A stretch of DNA of 63,780 bases, the filler included, from Squatina squatina (lineage: Eukaryota), in the NCBI GenBank assembly GCA_031763465.1. It is 3 parts of 3 records of this genome, joined end to end, with 100 filler letters (N's around TTAATTAATTAA, not from the genome) between each part and the next. Parts side by side here need not be neighbours in the genome. Positions count along the whole stretch, not along the records: positions 41,705 to 63,780 come from JARFOE010000001.1; 2 more parts are not named here. One strand, 5' to 3'. The first letter of the stretch is position 1; every line of letters begins with the position of its first letter. A program made the position numbers and the translations under genes. The notes beneath the pieces were generated by a model. That model was not told the origin of the DNA and did no database searches. It saw only the letters and a program-made list of their open reading frames with translations. Positions 61,576 to 63,780 of this stretch are shown in pieces.

Positions 61576-62510
61576 AAAGAACAAAATGGAGCATCTGTGA
61601 TCGGGTGGAAGGTAGCAGTGATAAAAGGTATGACAGAACAAAGCAAAAGGAGATGGTAATGGGATGAGTAAAGAAGCAAAAGATAAGTCGAGAAGAGGTG
61701 TAAATGGGAATGGCAGGATCATCAACAGCTTATGTGAAAAAATAGAGGTCATGGTCTAAAATTGTTGATCTCGATGTTGAGTCCAGAAGGCTGTAAAGTG
61801 CCTAATGGAAAGATGAGGTGCTGTTCCTCGAGCTTAAGTTGAGCTTCGTTGGACCAGTGCAAGAGGCCATGGACAAGAGGGAGTGGAGTGGAGAATTAAA
61901 GTGACAGGCAACTGGAAGCCCAGGGTCACACTTACAGACGGAACGGAGGTGTTCTGCAGAGCGATCACCACACCTGCATTTGGTCTCCCCAGTGTAAAGG
62001 AGACCGCATCGTGAGCAACGAATACGGTATACTAAATTGCAAGTGGTACAAGTAAATCACTGTTTCAACTGGAAGGAGTGTCTGGGGCCCGAGACAGTGG
62101 AAAGGGAGGTGGGTAAAAGGGCAAGTGTTGCATCGCCTGCACGAACATGGGAAGGAGCCGTGGGAAGGGATTGAGGAGTGGACGAGGGTGTCAGGGAGGG
62201 AGTGGTCCCTTTGGGATGATGTAAGGGGAGGGGAGGGGGATGATGTGGTGGGATGACGCCGGAGATAGCGGAGGATGATCCGTTAAATGTGCAGGCTGGT
62301 GGGGTGAAAGGTGAGGACAAGGGGAACCCTGTCGTGCTTCTATGAGGGAGAAGTGGTGAGAGCAGAAGTACGGGAAATGGAACGGACACAGTCAAGGGCC
62401 ACGTCAACTACGGTTGAGGGGAATCCTTGGCTGAGCAAAAAGGAAGACATGTCGGAAACACCAGTATGGAAGCAGGCATCGTCAGAACAGCTGTGACGGA
62501 GACGGAGAAG
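61576..62510 (-). mobile_element. Penelope-like element, GIY-YIG endonuclease region and 3' part
   Basis: Minus strand near 62090-61940: FTCTTCNLVYRIRCSRCGLLYTGETKCRCGDRSAEHLRSV (degenerate GIY-YIG with CxxC). Downstream LKLEEQHLIFPLGTLQPSGLNIE. Confidence 0.85.
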
Positions 62511-63780
62511 AAGTATTAGACTGTTGCTTGAACAGTCTGTGGGAGAGATCTCTGAATGAGCACCATGGTATTAACGAGGAGTTTGCAGGATTGAGTAGGC
62601 TGGGATTGCCNNNNNNNNNNNNNNNNNNNNNNNNNNNNNNNNNNNNNNNNNNNNNNNNNNNNNNNNNNNNNNNNNNNNNNNNNNNNNNNNNNNNNNNNNN
62701 NNNNNNNNNNTTGGTGGGGTGGGTTGGGGGTGGGTGGGGGGGTGTGGAACAAGGTACTTGCGTAGGCAGAGGACTCACCCAGTCCCCCTCTCTACCTGGA
62801 ATTGGGGCCAATTTGTACATTGAGTGGAAATCCAGCCCATTCGAGTTTGGCCCCAAATTGTGAGCGATCCACCCAACTTCTACCCTTAAACCCCACTGGA
62901 CATTTGGGCCTTAGTGTTCAATCAGAGAGTTTTCTTGCCCTTCCTATGTCCCCTTCATATAATATTATGATTTATGGTAATTCATTTTAACAAAACTTTC
63001 ATGATGAAAGTTCAAATATAGCATAATGCAAACTACAATCCACAGAATGGTCTATATTTTTGAAACGTGACCTTTTACAGTTTTAACAAATTAATCAAAT
63101 ACCTGAAGCCTGGGAAGGGATTGTTACAGGCTTTACAGTTCTGTCAACAGCTGGGCCTGAGGAAAAACAAAAACATCTGTGTGACTGGAATGGTTCTGTC
63201 ACATTCTTCTGTATTTGTTTTTCATTAATCATAGCACATCTAATGAAATATTCAGACCTCTCTGAGCATGCTGGCAGTGAGCCTATTCTATTTGGAGTGG
63301 TGTACATAAATAATGTGTTCTGTTAATGGCCAAAACTTGGCAAAATGAGCTGAATGTTCTTTTCTCATCCCTATCTTTGGCATAATTGTGCACAATAATA
63401 TGCACAAGACCAAAAGAACTTACCATGTGTACCAACAGAAACATTTAAACTTACCTTCTCATTAAGATGTCTTAATAAGAGGCTATATTTATAACTGAAT
63501 TATAAGTGTACTCTACTCAGACATTGGCCCTGAAATTGCGATCTGAGGCTTCCTGCATGCGGGTGCCTCAGATGGCAAAAATCTCTGTACTTACCTAAGG
63601 ATCTTCGATCCATGCAACCTTGCAAGTTGGAGCCCTACTGAGTTGCAGATTCGGAGCGGGGCTCTGTAGATTCCCAGGCAAGTCAAGCGAAGAAGCTGGA
63701 GAGGTCACATGGGAAGCCCCAGCCACTTGGGTAGATGTATCTTTCATTGAACTTTTGACAGTTCTCAGCGATCTGTCAAG

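Overview
This is vertebrate nuclear DNA, very likely from a shark or other cartilaginous fish: the repeats are CR1 and L2 LINEs, Deu-domain SINEs, Penelope-like elements and Harbinger remnants. It comes from a fragmented draft assembly and is not one locus. Two identical artificial spacers (44 N + TTAATTAATTAA + 44 N, at 27945-28044 and 41605-41704) join three separate scaffolds. (A) 1-27944 holds SACS (sacsin) on +, with part of an upstream exon and the ~11.5 kb terminal coding exon, facing the last exon of SGCG on -. (B) 28045-41604 holds six in-order but mostly non-consecutive exons of SYNE1 (nesprin-1) on +. (C) 41705-63780 holds two WDR1 exons on - and ZNF518B on +. The SGCG and terminal WDR1 exons are missing from the supplied ORF track. 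The frameshifts in SACS coincide with gaps and are best explained as assembly artefacts. I found no convincing previously undescribed biological system. The most interesting hidden signals are minimal hammerhead-ribozyme motifs in dispersed Penelope-type terminal repeats (best copy 51989-52028, - strand) and the interrupted ZNF518B coding region. Gene and family identifications rest on my recall of vertebrate protein and repeat motifs, not on database searches.
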